A DNA stretch of 64,000 nt from positions 9,170 through 73,169 of the IMG/VR virus record IMGVR_UViG_3300042465_004839. One strand, written 5' to 3'. Shown here piece after piece: positions 45,771 through 56,495 of this stretch. Numbering within the stretch: position 1 is the first letter of the stretch; every line of letters starts with the position of its first letter. The translations under genes and the position numbers were made by a program. The DNA is from a virus. A model generated the notes under the pieces. The model made no database searches. It worked only from the letters and a program-made list of their open reading frames with translations, and was not told the DNA's origin.

Positions 45771-47915
45771 TTATTGTATATTATTTTGATTTTCTTGTTC
45801 AAGCATTTGTTGCATTAATTTACTGTCAAGTTCTGCATCTTTATTTTCCATACTTGCAGCAGCACCTGTAGCAGCTATATTTTGTTGTGCTTGTGCCTGC
45901 ATTGCTGAATTAGCAGCAGCAGCATCTTGTTGTTGTTTAACAGCAGCCTGTTCAGCTTGCATACGAAGTAGTGCCATATTATCAAGTATTTCCTCTACTG
46001 CATCAAGAGTTTCTGCTCTCATTATCTTAATAAACTCACGTTTAGCGTCAGGATTAACACCTGCCTCTTGAACAGTAATTTGAGATAATGTAGCCTTAAC
46101 TTGTTCTGTTAACTGACTATCAAAATCAAATCTAATTTCAAAGTCATCATTAAGCATTTCTTGTACTGAATCCATTTTAAGTAATGTAGCAGCAGTATCA
46201 CCTATTTGTAAACTGAATGCTCCCTCATCTTGGTCAGCAAGTACTAACCTTGTCTTGTCAACCCCTAAAGATATTACATCTTGAAAGAAGGTAGTTAATC
46301 CACCGTATAGCCATTGTGTACCTGTTTCGGCACTAAGTATATTATTCTGTAATTGAGCCTCACCAACGTAAGTAGAAGAACCTAATCTTGACTGTACAGG
46401 CATATTAAGTACATCAGCAAGTACATTATCCCAATACTGTAGTTGTCCTAAGTATAATTGAACATTAGGGTCAACAGTCATATCAAGAATTTCAATCATC
46501 TTGTTAGTCTTTTCTTGTCCTGCCTCTACCTCTGTTCTGTTACCTACTAGTATACCTTGCTGTTTCATCATAGCAAGCATATCGGGAGTTTTCATAAAGT
46601 CAGGCAACTGAGATGTATCTACGAAAGGAATCTTACCCATTGCCCTTGCAAGCATACCTTGCATAGTAGTAGTTAAGGCATCTTTCATATCTTGAATCTT
46701 GTGTACAAGCATTACAACGCCCATATTACTACCAAGTAACGTGAAAGGAGTAAAGGCACAAAAATCTAATCTACGTCTTGACTTATCTCTCTTATCAGAA
46801 ACACTATTAGCTTTAATACCACAGTTTCTTAAATATTTATTTCCAATTAATTGTCCTTGTCTAATACACTCTACAGGTACACCATCAATATAAGTAAGAG
46901 AACGCCACTCAACATCTGCTACCCATACTTTAGGCACAGTAGTCATGTTAGAGTACCAATTAATAAAATTCCATCCTTGAACGTAAGGAGCTTGTGCATT
47001 ACCAGTATTCATAGCAATTGCCTCTAAGTCCTTTACTTCTTCTGATGTAAAATCAAATCTTGCAACAATATCAGCAACTGAGTAAGGTTTAAACTCACCT
47101 GCTAAAGCATCATTAATGTGATGGTCTTCGTTACGAGTCATATCAATAATAGCGTATTCAGGTTCTACAACCCTCATATAAACTCTACCTTTACTTTCGT
47201 AAATTCTAATTAAAGAACGACCTCCGATAAAACAATACTGAGCAGCTTTCAAGAATAAATCAAAGTAACGATTACGATACAAGAAGTCTTTACCTAAGTT
47301 TCTATAAGCAAACTCCATTTCATCCATAAAAGTTTTAAAGTACTTTTGGATACTCATCTCATCGTTAATGTTTAAACCTTGAGGTATTTCTAACTCAATA
47401 TTACCTAACTCTTTTTCGTATAATAAAAACTCTTTAGCATCTACAACTGACTTTAATACATTTAATTTTAAAGCTTTCCTACTTAATATTCCTTCGCTAA
47501 TACCATTAGCTTGAAGTATTTTAGGTAGTGGCTTAAATTGTTGGCGGCACTTACCATCAAAGTAACGGAACATAGCAGATATTTCAAGTCCACGCCACAT
47601 TGGTATTTGAGTGGCAGCATTTGTCGCATCCTTAGAAGCCCATTCGTATTCAGTATTGTACTGCAATCCGTAAATGTAACGAGCAGCAAATACATATTGG
47701 TCTATAAATCTTGTGTTTATTCTATCGTAAGGGTCACCAATAGCACCTCTCATTTGAGTAGAAACAATTGGCTGATTGTAAGAAGTACCTACAATCCATC
47801 TAATATTTTTAGCATAATCAGAGCCTTCCCACTCTCTTCCATCGTTAGATTGATTGGGCTGTATTGAAGGAGAAGCCCCTCCTGATATAACTGAATTTAT
47901 TAGTTTCATTTTCAT
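45771..47915 (-). CDS. portal protein
   Basis: 714 aa directly after TerL; helical, Q/A-rich C-terminal barrel; LNMPVQSRLG. Confidence 0.8.
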   Translation of the reverse strand: MKMKLINSVISGGASPSIQPNQSNDGREWEGSDYAKNIRWIVGTSYNQPIVSTQMRGAIGDPYDRINTRFIDQYVFAARYIYGLQYNTEYEWASKDATNAATQIPMWRGLEISAMFRYFDGKCRQQFKPLPKILQANGISEGILSRKALKLNVLKSVVDAKEFLLYEKELGNIELEIPQGLNINDEMSIQKYFKTFMDEMEFAYRNLGKDFLYRNRYFDLFLKAAQYCFIGGRSLIRIYESKGRVYMRVVEPEYAIIDMTRNEDHHINDALAGEFKPYSVADIVARFDFTSEEVKDLEAIAMNTGNAQAPYVQGWNFINWYSNMTTVPKVWVADVEWRSLTYIDGVPVECIRQGQLIGNKYLRNCGIKANSVSDKRDKSRRRLDFCAFTPFTLLGSNMGVVMLVHKIQDMKDALTTTMQGMLARAMGKIPFVDTSQLPDFMKTPDMLAMMKQQGILVGNRTEVEAGQEKTNKMIEILDMTVDPNVQLYLGQLQYWDNVLADVLNMPVQSRLGSSTYVGEAQLQNNILSAETGTQWLYGGLTTFFQDVISLGVDKTRLVLADQDEGAFSLQIGDTAATLLKMDSVQEMLNDDFEIRFDFDSQLTEQVKATLSQITVQEAGVNPDAKREFIKIMRAETLDAVEEILDNMALLRMQAEQAAVKQQQDAAAANSAMQAQAQQNIAATGAAASMENKDAELDSKLMQQMLEQENQNNIQ

Positions 47916-47954
47916 TTGAATGCAAATTTACGTTAAAACATTATAATTACAAAA

Positions 47955-49955
47955 TTATCCTTCCTTTAGTTCCCATTTAAACTCACCATTCACATATTTG
48001 CTTGTCCACATCTGTGATTTTACTTTTTCTTTAGCAGAACTTTGAGTTTCTGGATCAAAGTTTCCACAAGCCATACAGCCTACACCATAAGCATCGGACA
48101 AATCGGAGTTCTCACTACCATATATTAATAAATCTTGTACAATTCGTAAAGAATTTATTTGATGTCCATACAATCGTAAATATTTATTCATAACAGAGGT
48201 CCGGTAATCTTTGTTGTTTGCATCTAAATATATTCCGTACGCATTACCACTCTTCTCAAGTAACTTATCTGTATTATGTTTAGTTAACTGTCTTATTAGT
48301 AACTTCTGTTGACCTTCTGCCTCAAATAAATCGGTAATAGTACTTCCTGCACTTGCATTCCTCTCAGGGTAAGTTCTTAGCCCACCAAACTTATTGTAGT
48401 ACATACATAGCCATAAAGCAGCCTTTTCTACCATAGTTCTTTTATCTGGTCTAATACATATATTAGCCACATCAACATATTGGTTATCTCCTGTTATTCT
48501 ATGAACTACTAATGCATACTTAGATTTAGTTTTACCTTTTTCAGAACCATCAGCATTTTTATTTGTACTGCTAATATCCGTACTTGTAGCATCTAAACCT
48601 ACACGATACAAATGATGTTCTTGTGGTTGTTCAAATACTTCACACGAAAATTCATTAGCCTCCTCACCTTTAGCCATAGGGTTTAAAGATATTTCTTTAG
48701 TAGTTGGGTTCTTATGAATTTTATACATAGGTGAGGGTGTACCCCTTAATTGTTTTTCTCTTAACCTTAAAGTTTCAATCACGTCAACTTCTAATCCTCC
48801 ACTTCTATTTATATCAAAAATATCTTCTACTCTTTCAGGGAACTGTCTTTTAAGTAAAGCTCTTTTAGAGTCAGTAAGACCTTCGCACATATTAGCAAAG
48901 TAAGCTTTTGCTTCTTCAACTTTTGGGTTGCCATACTCATCAATAAACGAAGGGTCTGATAGGTAGTAAGGTATAAGCATACGATACAAACCACTTTGAG
49001 TTCTACCATTAGCATTTCTTTTATTAATATCACTAGCATACCAAAGTTCTTTACTAAAAGGAACTGCTTTAGCCTTACCATTCTCAACAGTAGATACCAT
49101 CCATAGTTTACCTATAATATCTTTTGTCCCTTCTGTACACTGGGCAATTAAAGTTTGAAACAATTGCTCCATATCCATAAGTTCTTGACTCGCAAACTCA
49201 TCTAAAAAATATTCGGTTACTCTTTCCCCTTGAATAGAGGTTATTTTACTTGGCAATGCTTCAATACGAGTATAGTTGCCATCTTTAAAAGTTACCTTAT
49301 CCGAACTTCTCTTAATAGTTTGATTCTGACGAAAGAATATACTATCATTTTTGTATGTATGTTGATAAATATAAGGTAATGAATTGTTCAAAGAAAGGAA
49401 TGCATTTAATGTTCTTTGGAATAAAGCTTGAGCCTTATCATCTTTTGTAGCTTGCAAGAAATAACTTGCTTTAGGTTTCAATAAACTATCAAAAAGCATA
49501 CGAGATGGTATCATTTCTGACTTACCCCAACGCTTTTGTGTATAGGCTACTAAACCATAACAGTTTGAATCCTTTTTACAAATGTCTTGTAAGTAAGCTA
49601 ACTGAGCATGACTCCATCTATATTTAGGATAAACACCACCTCCTAAGTCCCAGTGTTTTAAAAATCCATAGTGTGCGCCTGTAAGATAAACTAACTCACC
49701 ATTGTTATAAAAATGAAATCCATTCTCTAATCTAAATAGTTCCTTTAGCTGATAGTTTTGTTTTTCCTCAACAGTCATGTGACTAAAGTTAGGGTCTTTA
49801 GGTCTTTCCCACTTTTGTTGCTTCTTTGGTAAGTCTTTATTATATACGGGTTCAAAAGGCTCTGGGCATTCGTAGAACATATTTTTAGGTTCTACATCAC
49901 TTTCACCTTTTTCTCCTTGCGTTCCAAATAATTCTACACTATGCTTTTTCGCCAT
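47955..49955 (-). CDS. terL: terminase large subunit
   Basis: YLTGAHYGFL N-terminal motif, Walker A QKRWGKS, Walker B YFLDE, nuclease GLD...DLSDA. Confidence 0.92.
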   Translation of the reverse strand: MAKKHSVELFGTQGEKGESDVEPKNMFYECPEPFEPVYNKDLPKKQQKWERPKDPNFSHMTVEEKQNYQLKELFRLENGFHFYNNGELVYLTGAHYGFLKHWDLGGGVYPKYRWSHAQLAYLQDICKKDSNCYGLVAYTQKRWGKSEMIPSRMLFDSLLKPKASYFLQATKDDKAQALFQRTLNAFLSLNNSLPYIYQHTYKNDSIFFRQNQTIKRSSDKVTFKDGNYTRIEALPSKITSIQGERVTEYFLDEFASQELMDMEQLFQTLIAQCTEGTKDIIGKLWMVSTVENGKAKAVPFSKELWYASDINKRNANGRTQSGLYRMLIPYYLSDPSFIDEYGNPKVEEAKAYFANMCEGLTDSKRALLKRQFPERVEDIFDINRSGGLEVDVIETLRLREKQLRGTPSPMYKIHKNPTTKEISLNPMAKGEEANEFSCEVFEQPQEHHLYRVGLDATSTDISSTNKNADGSEKGKTKSKYALVVHRITGDNQYVDVANICIRPDKRTMVEKAALWLCMYYNKFGGLRTYPERNASAGSTITDLFEAEGQQKLLIRQLTKHNTDKLLEKSGNAYGIYLDANNKDYRTSVMNKYLRLYGHQINSLRIVQDLLIYGSENSDLSDAYGVGCMACGNFDPETQSSAKEKVKSQMWTSKYVNGEFKWELKEG

Positions 49956-50328
49956 TTGCTTTTAAATGTAATGCTAAAATGTTTTCTGCTTCTCCTGCCT
50001 TTACTCTTTCTACTTCTGACTTCTCATCAGTAGTCATCTTAATATAAAGCTTTTCTAAATCAGTATCAAGATCAGGCAGTAGTTTGATTATTTTTAAACT
50101 TGTTTCAGATTGCGCTCTTGCATCTTCGTCTTCGTGCTGACTACGAATAGTAAAAGGAGATTTATCTATCTCATCTTGCCAAGATTTTTTCTGTTTATAA
50201 ATAGTCATATAAGTAGAAAGAGAATGACTTTTTTTGACAATTGAAAATAATCTGCTCCACTCTTTAATTTTAATTTGAAAGTCTAAATTTAATTTAACTA
50301 ATTCTTTCTTTTCTATTTCTGTAAGCAT
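49939..50328 (-). CDS. probable terminase small subunit
   Basis: 129-aa helical ORF overlapping the TerL start; positional inference. Confidence 0.45.
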   Translation of the reverse strand: MLTEIEKKELVKLNLDFQIKIKEWSRLFSIVKKSHSLSTYMTIYKQKKSWQDEIDKSPFTIRSQHEDEDARAQSETSLKIIKLLPDLDTDLEKLYIKMTTDEKSEVERVKAGEAENILALHLKANGEKA

Positions 50329-50329
50329 A

Positions 50330-50824
50330 TTATAATACGTTTAAATTAACAAATTCTTGACGATTTATTATAGCAGCAACATCGTAAGCAACTGCTGCAT
50401 CTAATTCTTTTGCAAAAAATCCCAAATGCTTTACATTTCCATTTATTCTTATTTGAGAATGCCATTTATTACCTGCTCTATACCAAGAAACTCCCAAATA
50501 TTTGCTACTACTATTTTTAGCACTTGTTGCGTTCCAATTATTTTGAAGTGATGTGCATACTCTTAAATTTGATTTTTGATTATCTAATCCATTGTGGTTT
50601 ATGTGGTCAACAACTAATTTATTGCCTTCTTTCAGCTTCATTATAAATCGGTGCATTTTAACTGATGTTCTTTTGTTGCCAATCCACACCATTCGTTTTA
50701 CATAAAAAGTATTTTTTTCTTTTTGTACGCCCCACTTGAATTGATTCAATTCCTCAAAATCTTCATCATCTACTAGTACTTTAAAAGTCCCGTATTTCGG
50801 TGACTCAATTATTATTTTTTCCAT
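50330..50824 (-). CDS. HNH-AP2 homing endonuclease
   Basis: MHRFIM...VDHINHNGLDNQKSNLR; SKYLGVSW...HLGFF..ELDAAVAYD. Confidence 0.92.
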   Translation of the reverse strand: MEKIIIESPKYGTFKVLVDDEDFEELNQFKWGVQKEKNTFYVKRMVWIGNKRTSVKMHRFIMKLKEGNKLVVDHINHNGLDNQKSNLRVCTSLQNNWNATSAKNSSSKYLGVSWYRAGNKWHSQIRINGNVKHLGFFAKELDAAVAYDVAAIINRQEFVNLNVL

Positions 50825-50839
50825 AATGTTTGTTTTTTA

Positions 50840-50871
50840 AGCAAGTACTAACTTCCAAATTAGTACTTGCT
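50840..50871. repeat. 12-bp perfect inverted repeat upstream of HNH-AP2
   Basis: AGCAAGTACTAA CTTCCAAA TTAGTACTTGCT. Confidence 0.8.
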
Positions 50872-50890
50872 GTTATTGTAATGTTTATTA

Positions 50891-51358
50891 TTATACGCAA
50901 ATATAAGTTCCTGAAACATACCAATCATCAGCTACTGAAAGTGGATTTACAGGAGTGTTATATTTAAATGCTAAATCATTAGTAGTTCCACCGTACCATA
51001 ATAGCATATTAGTACTTGAAGGAATGCCTTCCCCAAGTATTCTATAATGCTGAACAGCAGAATCGTCATAAACTTGTCCATCTCTAAACACATACTGAAC
51101 AGATGGGGCAAAAGGTAATGTTACCGAGTATTGACCAGTTCCAAAGTTAGTAACAGTAGCACAATTGATATTTATAGTAAAATGTACAAGCCTTCCTATT
51201 TTAATATAAGAACCCGTAGCAGGGTTAGAAGAATAAGTAAGCCCTGTTCCAGACCAAATTGGTGTATATGATACAACATCAGAGTTTGCTCTGTTATCTA
51301 TATAATCATTTAAAGAATCCATTACGGATTGAGGTATTGGTGTTTTTAGTATTGTCAT
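50891..51358 (-). CDS. tail fibre tip-like protein
   Basis: YTPIWSG...GSYIKIGRLVHF...VTLPF. Confidence 0.65.
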   Translation of the reverse strand: MTILKTPIPQSVMDSLNDYIDNRANSDVVSYTPIWSGTGLTYSSNPATGSYIKIGRLVHFTININCATVTNFGTGQYSVTLPFAPSVQYVFRDGQVYDDSAVQHYRILGEGIPSSTNMLLWYGGTTNDLAFKYNTPVNPLSVADDWYVSGTYICV

Positions 51359-51359
51359 A

Positions 51360-51590
51360 TTAGTATTGCCATTGAGTTAGTAAAAAGTCTAAATTATTAT
51401 TCATTGAAACTGTGTCGGTATCGTTTGACTGTAAAGAATCTACAATAGACAAGCTTATAAAAGGATAAAAAGAAATAAGATTGTTAGGATAGTTACTTCC
51501 TTTTGTGTACTCATTTGTTACCAATCCTTCACTTAAAAGTATTTTATTAATAGCAGTCTTAAAAGTAGTTGCGTATCTTGGTCTAAGCAT
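51360..51590 (-). CDS. small structural protein, paralog of 42870-43124
   Basis: Shared C-terminal motif. Confidence 0.55.
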   Translation of the reverse strand: MLRPRYATTFKTAINKILLSEGLVTNEYTKGSNYPNNLISFYPFISLSIVDSLQSNDTDTVSMNNNLDFLLTQWQY

Positions 51591-52449
51591 TTCTTACATT
51601 TTTATTAGTGTCAAACAGTACTGAATTTATGTAGTCAAGATTATTTTGAATGTCACTTGCGCTATAAGTAGCATCTGTAAAAGATTGTATGTAAGGCATA
51701 GACAAACAAGTAACTGCTTTAATATAATTTGCTCTAAAATCTTCGCTCACATTATAAGTTCCATTAGCTAATGAATCGTTATATCCTTTAATGACATCGG
51801 TAGCATTAGCGTCTGTCCAAAATGCAGAAGTAGAAGTATCTAAAAATGCTACTACATAAGCAGTACCACTTACTGTAAAATCATCGTTTGCAACTCCTGT
51901 AAAAGTTTGCCCAACATAATAGGTAGAAACAGAATTAACTACTATAGAACTTCCTAAAGTACCTTGAACTAAATAAACACCATCTGAAAGTAAATCACCG
52001 CTATTATATCTTGTATTAAAAATATCGTAACGGACATACCTAAAGTTATCTTGAAAGTAAGTATCAGCCTCACCAATTGTACTTGGGGTATAAACACTTG
52101 TAATTTTAGAGCTTGGAATAGTTAAGTTAGGCAAACAGTAGTATCCTGTAGTTTTAACTACAACACCACTTGTAGGTAATATAAAGTCATCGTGTGCTAC
52201 AAATACATTATTAGCAACATAAGTATGCCCATTAAGAGCAAAAGAACCACTAACAACAGTATACTCAGTATTGGCTAATAAAGAAGAAACCGTTGTAGCA
52301 TTGAGAATGCTATTGTAAGTAGCAAATAAGTACCTAATACCATTAATAGAGGAAATACTAACACCAAGTGTAGTATAGTCTGTACTATCAGCCACACTAA
52401 TTGTTTCATTTGTATTCTTGTCATAAGAAATTATTATATCTGTTGCCAT
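51583..52449 (-). CDS. virion structural protein (tail hub-like), paralog of 41993-42868
   Basis: Collinear motifs with 41993-42868. Confidence 0.55.
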   Translation of the reverse strand: MATDIIISYDKNTNETISVADSTDYTTLGVSISSINGIRYLFATYNSILNATTVSSLLANTEYTVVSGSFALNGHTYVANNVFVAHDDFILPTSGVVVKTTGYYCLPNLTIPSSKITSVYTPSTIGEADTYFQDNFRYVRYDIFNTRYNSGDLLSDGVYLVQGTLGSSIVVNSVSTYYVGQTFTGVANDDFTVSGTAYVVAFLDTSTSAFWTDANATDVIKGYNDSLANGTYNVSEDFRANYIKAVTCLSMPYIQSFTDATYSASDIQNNLDYINSVLFDTNKNVRNA

Positions 52450-53753
52450 TATGGAGTACCTGCTATTTGTGAAACTATGTAGAAATTGTCTAATTTATTA
52501 TAAACTATTTCTATTGAACTGTTGTTATATAAAAGTGATATATCCGAACTTGAACCATCAATAAGTTTAGGAGAAACTTGAATTTTTACTGTATTAGCAC
52601 CTCCTGCTATTCTTTTGTAGAAAAATCTTTCCCCACCAACAAATGATGTTACATCTGGAGGAGTAAGTACTACTATATTGGTAGATGTAGGGTCTAAAAA
52701 TAAATTCCTATCTGTAACAGCAGTAGTATAAGAAGCAGTTGTAATAGTTTTTATGGCAGTATTGTTAATAGTAGAAACTAAAACCTTTTTTAAGTTTCCG
52801 CTATCACTATTATCAGAAACAAGTATTGAATCATTTTGAGCAGCACTTACAATTGTTTTTCCTGTAATTGCTGTTTTATCTATAGTTAAAGCACCGCTGC
52901 CTAGAACATCACCTGTATGAGTAGCGTTAGTAACCTTTGCTGTGTTAGCAGCCATCTCTGCTATTTCAGTTGCAGTGTACCACTTATTAGTAGCTCCTGC
53001 TACAATATTATCAGCACCAAGTGTTACTGTAGCTCCTGTTAGTCCGTTTAATGTTACAATTCCAACTGAAGGTGATGCCCAAACCGCATTATCAGAACCG
53101 TCTACTGTTAAAACTTTAGTCCTGTTTGTCACAGTTCCTACTGCTGCTAAAGCATTTATTGCTGTTTGTGCTGTTGATGCACCTGTTCCTCCTTTAGCAA
53201 TACTTAATTTAGTAGTTGCTGCAAGAGTATCTATCTCTATTTTAGTCGGATCAACATCTATTGTAAGTTTATTTGGTGTGCCACTACTTGGAGTTAAAGT
53301 AATTTTATCTCCACTTGCAGCAACCATTGTGAACCATTCATTTGCATTACCTGCACTATTTACTCTAAGCATTTGATATGCTCCTCCTATTGTAGTAAGT
53401 CCATTACCACCTTTACCGTAAGGTACTGTTGGTAAGTCTGCTGCTACCATTGCTCTCATTGTAGGTTTAGCAGAACCCACAGATACTGCACTTGCATAAA
53501 TAAGATTAGCAGCAGTAGCTACTTTAGTAAAAGTAATTACAGGAGCTGTAGTAGGATTAGTTATATTAACATTAAGAAAATCAGCGTTAGTATCGGAGTC
53601 GACTTCAGCAACAGAAGTTACACTTCCGCTACTTGGAGAAGCATCTTGTAAGGCTCTGATTGCTGCTTGTATTTGTGCTTGGCTTGTGGCAAAGTCTATA
53701 ATTGTTAGTTCCTTCCCTGCTTCTGGTGTAGGGAGTGTAAATGTGCTTGGCAT
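52449..53753 (-). CDS. tail fibre protein
   Basis: T/A/S/G-rich; IAKGGTGAST, VTNATHTGDV and VTLNGLTG fibre motifs. Confidence 0.75.
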   Translation of the reverse strand: MPSTFTLPTPEAGKELTIIDFATSQAQIQAAIRALQDASPSSGSVTSVAEVDSDTNADFLNVNITNPTTAPVITFTKVATAANLIYASAVSVGSAKPTMRAMVAADLPTVPYGKGGNGLTTIGGAYQMLRVNSAGNANEWFTMVAASGDKITLTPSSGTPNKLTIDVDPTKIEIDTLAATTKLSIAKGGTGASTAQTAINALAAVGTVTNRTKVLTVDGSDNAVWASPSVGIVTLNGLTGATVTLGADNIVAGATNKWYTATEIAEMAANTAKVTNATHTGDVLGSGALTIDKTAITGKTIVSAAQNDSILVSDNSDSGNLKKVLVSTINNTAIKTITTASYTTAVTDRNLFLDPTSTNIVVLTPPDVTSFVGGERFFYKRIAGGANTVKIQVSPKLIDGSSSDISLLYNNSSIEIVYNKLDNFYIVSQIAGTP

Positions 53754-53768
53754 GGTACAAATATAATA

Positions 53769-54011
53769 TTATTTTGATAAACTCTTATGTTTTTTAATAT
53801 ATTCTGTTAGCGCAGCACAAATAATTGCACTTTCACCTTTTAGACCATTTTGGTCTATAATCTCATACATATCAATAAGCTGATTAACACTAACCCTTGT
53901 TTGAATAATAGAACTAACGTACATTCCTATGCCTATTTTCTTAACACATTTAAGCCTAATATCCTCTGGCAATGCATCAATTCTCATCTTTTGATTATTA
54001 CTTAATTCCAT
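53769..54011 (-). CDS. possible ribbon-helix-helix regulator
   Basis: IIQTRVS...ESAIICAALTEYI; divergent from the capsid operon. Confidence 0.45.
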   Translation of the reverse strand: MELSNNQKMRIDALPEDIRLKCVKKIGIGMYVSSIIQTRVSVNQLIDMYEIIDQNGLKGESAIICAALTEYIKKHKSLSK

Positions 54012-54099
54012 ATATGTATGACAATAACATACGCAAAGGTATGAAAATAGTATTAATAAACAATATTAATATGACATTTGTAGCGAAAACAACCATATA

Positions 54100-55125
54100 A
54101 TGAGTACAGAAGCAGAAAGACTTGCAGCAGAGTACATGGAGGAAAACTCCAAAAATGCTGACCCAATTGTAGTAGAAACGCCAGTTGAGGTAGAAAAACC
54201 AGTAGCAGTAGAACCTACAACAGTAGTAGCAGATGAGGTGGTAACACTAAAAACTGAAACAGAAGAAGTAGAAAAAATATCGCTCTTTGACAACATTGAT
54301 AACATAGACAAAACTGAAACTGCAACGAAAGAAGTAACATCAGAATTGCCTGAAAGTATTAAAGCACAGTTAGCCGAATACGAAGCCTTAAAGGCTGAAC
54401 GTGAAGCAGAAGCTAATTCAGATATGTACAAACTACTTAAAAGTGGTTTAACATTAGAACAAATAGCTAATGGAATTACCAAAGTAGACTACTCAAGCTT
54501 TACTACATCTGACTTAATTAAGTTAGAGTTAGAGAAGGCAGGCTTAACAGGTGAAGAGTTAGAAGAAGCGTTAGAGGAAGAGGTAAGTGGATTTAATTCC
54601 CTAACACCTTTAGCTAAAGCAAAGTACGAAAACGAATTAAAGTCTAACTATAAGACAGAGATTAAGTACGATGAGGCTACTAAACTTTTAGAAGATGCTT
54701 TAAAGGCAAATGCTAAGAACCCTGTAAGTCAAGAAGAGTATATTAAACAGCAAGAGGAACAGACTGCTGCTAATATTAAGGCTGACACAGAAAGCATAGA
54801 TAAGTACTTAGGTATTTTGAAAGGCAAAGGAGAATTAGACGATGCGACAGTAGAAGCAATTAAAAGCAGTTATAACTTTAACAAAAGTATTGGCTACTTA
54901 AATGACGATAAGTTTGATGCGTTATCATTTATAAAGAACGAATACAAGATACAAAACTTTGAAAAAGCAGTAGCAGAAGCAGAGAAAAGAGGATTCGACA
55001 AAGCAGCTAAGAAGTTCGGTAGTCCTGAACAACATGGCGGTGGAGGTGGAGTAGGTACAGATAAGACAGCTGACCAAATCTATGAAGAGTACTTGAGCAA
55101 TGCAACTAAACCAAAATATAATTAA
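54100..55125 (+). CDS. capsid scaffolding protein
   Basis: Very acidic, helical, directly upstream of the capsid gene. Confidence 0.7.
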   Translation: MSTEAERLAAEYMEENSKNADPIVVETPVEVEKPVAVEPTTVVADEVVTLKTETEEVEKISLFDNIDNIDKTETATKEVTSELPESIKAQLAEYEALKAEREAEANSDMYKLLKSGLTLEQIANGITKVDYSSFTTSDLIKLELEKAGLTGEELEEALEEEVSGFNSLTPLAKAKYENELKSNYKTEIKYDEATKLLEDALKANAKNPVSQEEYIKQQEEQTAANIKADTESIDKYLGILKGKGELDDATVEAIKSSYNFNKSIGYLNDDKFDALSFIKNEYKIQNFEKAVAEAEKRGFDKAAKKFGSPEQHGGGGGVGTDKTADQIYEEYLSNATKPKYN

Positions 55126-55151
55126 AAAACTTTAAAAACCAAAAATAAAGA

Positions 55152-56468
55152 ATGAATACAATCCCAATAGGGCAAAACGCAGGTAGCATTTTTGATGCAG
55201 CGAATTTCACCCCGTTACAAGTTTATAACTTAGTAACTCAAACAAACAAGGCATTCAAAATGGGTCAAGCCAATATGCCGAAAGTAATGCGTGAACTATC
55301 AAAATTGAATGGTTCTACGGGTTCAATTTTAAGTGGTACAAGAACTTACAAGTTCCCTCGTATCGGAAACCAATTCCCTTACGCTGTAAGTGGTGCAGCT
55401 CCTCAATTAACAAACAGTAACAAAACTGTTACAATTACTTTGACTGACTCAAGTTACAAAGAAATTGGTGTAGGGTCTTACATCTCTGACACTACAACAG
55501 GTGTATCTTGTAAAGTATCGGCTATTTCTTCTGGTGTTATCACAGCAGACTTATCGTTTAGCCCTTCAGGTTCAACAGTATTAACTGCAAATGACTTTGC
55601 TATCAACAACCAAATATCTTTCATAGGATATAACGGTGGAACTAGAGTTTACAAAGCTCAAGAGCAAGGAACTCCTTTACCTCATTATGACACTTACCAA
55701 ATTGGTCAATTTACAGCAGATGCTTTTGTTAAGGCTGAAGATGCAAATCAAGCTACTTGGTTCAAGTTAAACGGTCAAAACTACTACGCTGCTAAAGAAG
55801 AAATGTACAAAATTGATTTAATGCATTCTGCAATGTACAACTACTACTTAGGTAATTTTGGTGCAATCGGTGGCGAAAATCCTTTACCTGCATCTTTCTT
55901 AAACCAATTGAAACAGTATGGTGCAATGACTCAATCAAAAGCAGCTAACTTATCTTTAAATGATTTTGAAGATATTGCTACTGACTTTATGCGTCAAGGT
56001 GCTGTAAGTGATGGTACTGAAATGTTTGTTTTCTGTGGTTTAGACTACGCTAAAAACATCTCAAGAGTATTAAGACCTTACGTTGCAACTGCTGGTACAA
56101 ACAACATCTTAAAAGCAACAAGCGGTTTAGATATTCGTAGATTTGAAGTATCTGGATTAATCTTAAACGTAGTTGTTGAAATGTACTTTGAAAACAAAAA
56201 CCAAGTAGGAGCAGGTAAGTCTGATTCAGCTTATTGGGTTTGTGCAGATGGTGCTTATTCAGAAGATGGAAAATATATTCCACCAATCGTAGATGTATAC
56301 TACGGACAAGAAGGATTACAAAGAAGTGTAATTTTAGGAAAGAAAGATTTAATGGGTAAACACGTTGCAAATCCTGTAAACGACCAACCATTTAGTCAAG
56401 TATCTTTTGAAATGAATGCTGCTAAAGTTATCACAGATGTTCAAAAATGTATGTATCATGGTAATTAA
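55152..56468 (+). CDS. major capsid protein
   Basis: 438 aa after scaffold; A-rich leader; FVFCG, LNQLKQYG. Confidence 0.7.
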   Translation: MNTIPIGQNAGSIFDAANFTPLQVYNLVTQTNKAFKMGQANMPKVMRELSKLNGSTGSILSGTRTYKFPRIGNQFPYAVSGAAPQLTNSNKTVTITLTDSSYKEIGVGSYISDTTTGVSCKVSAISSGVITADLSFSPSGSTVLTANDFAINNQISFIGYNGGTRVYKAQEQGTPLPHYDTYQIGQFTADAFVKAEDANQATWFKLNGQNYYAAKEEMYKIDLMHSAMYNYYLGNFGAIGGENPLPASFLNQLKQYGAMTQSKAANLSLNDFEDIATDFMRQGAVSDGTEMFVFCGLDYAKNISRVLRPYVATAGTNNILKATSGLDIRRFEVSGLILNVVVEMYFENKNQVGAGKSDSAYWVCADGAYSEDGKYIPPIVDVYYGQEGLQRSVILGKKDLMGKHVANPVNDQPFSQVSFEMNAAKVITDVQKCMYHGN

Positions 56469-56495
56469 TTTTTAACTAAATAAATAAATAACGAA

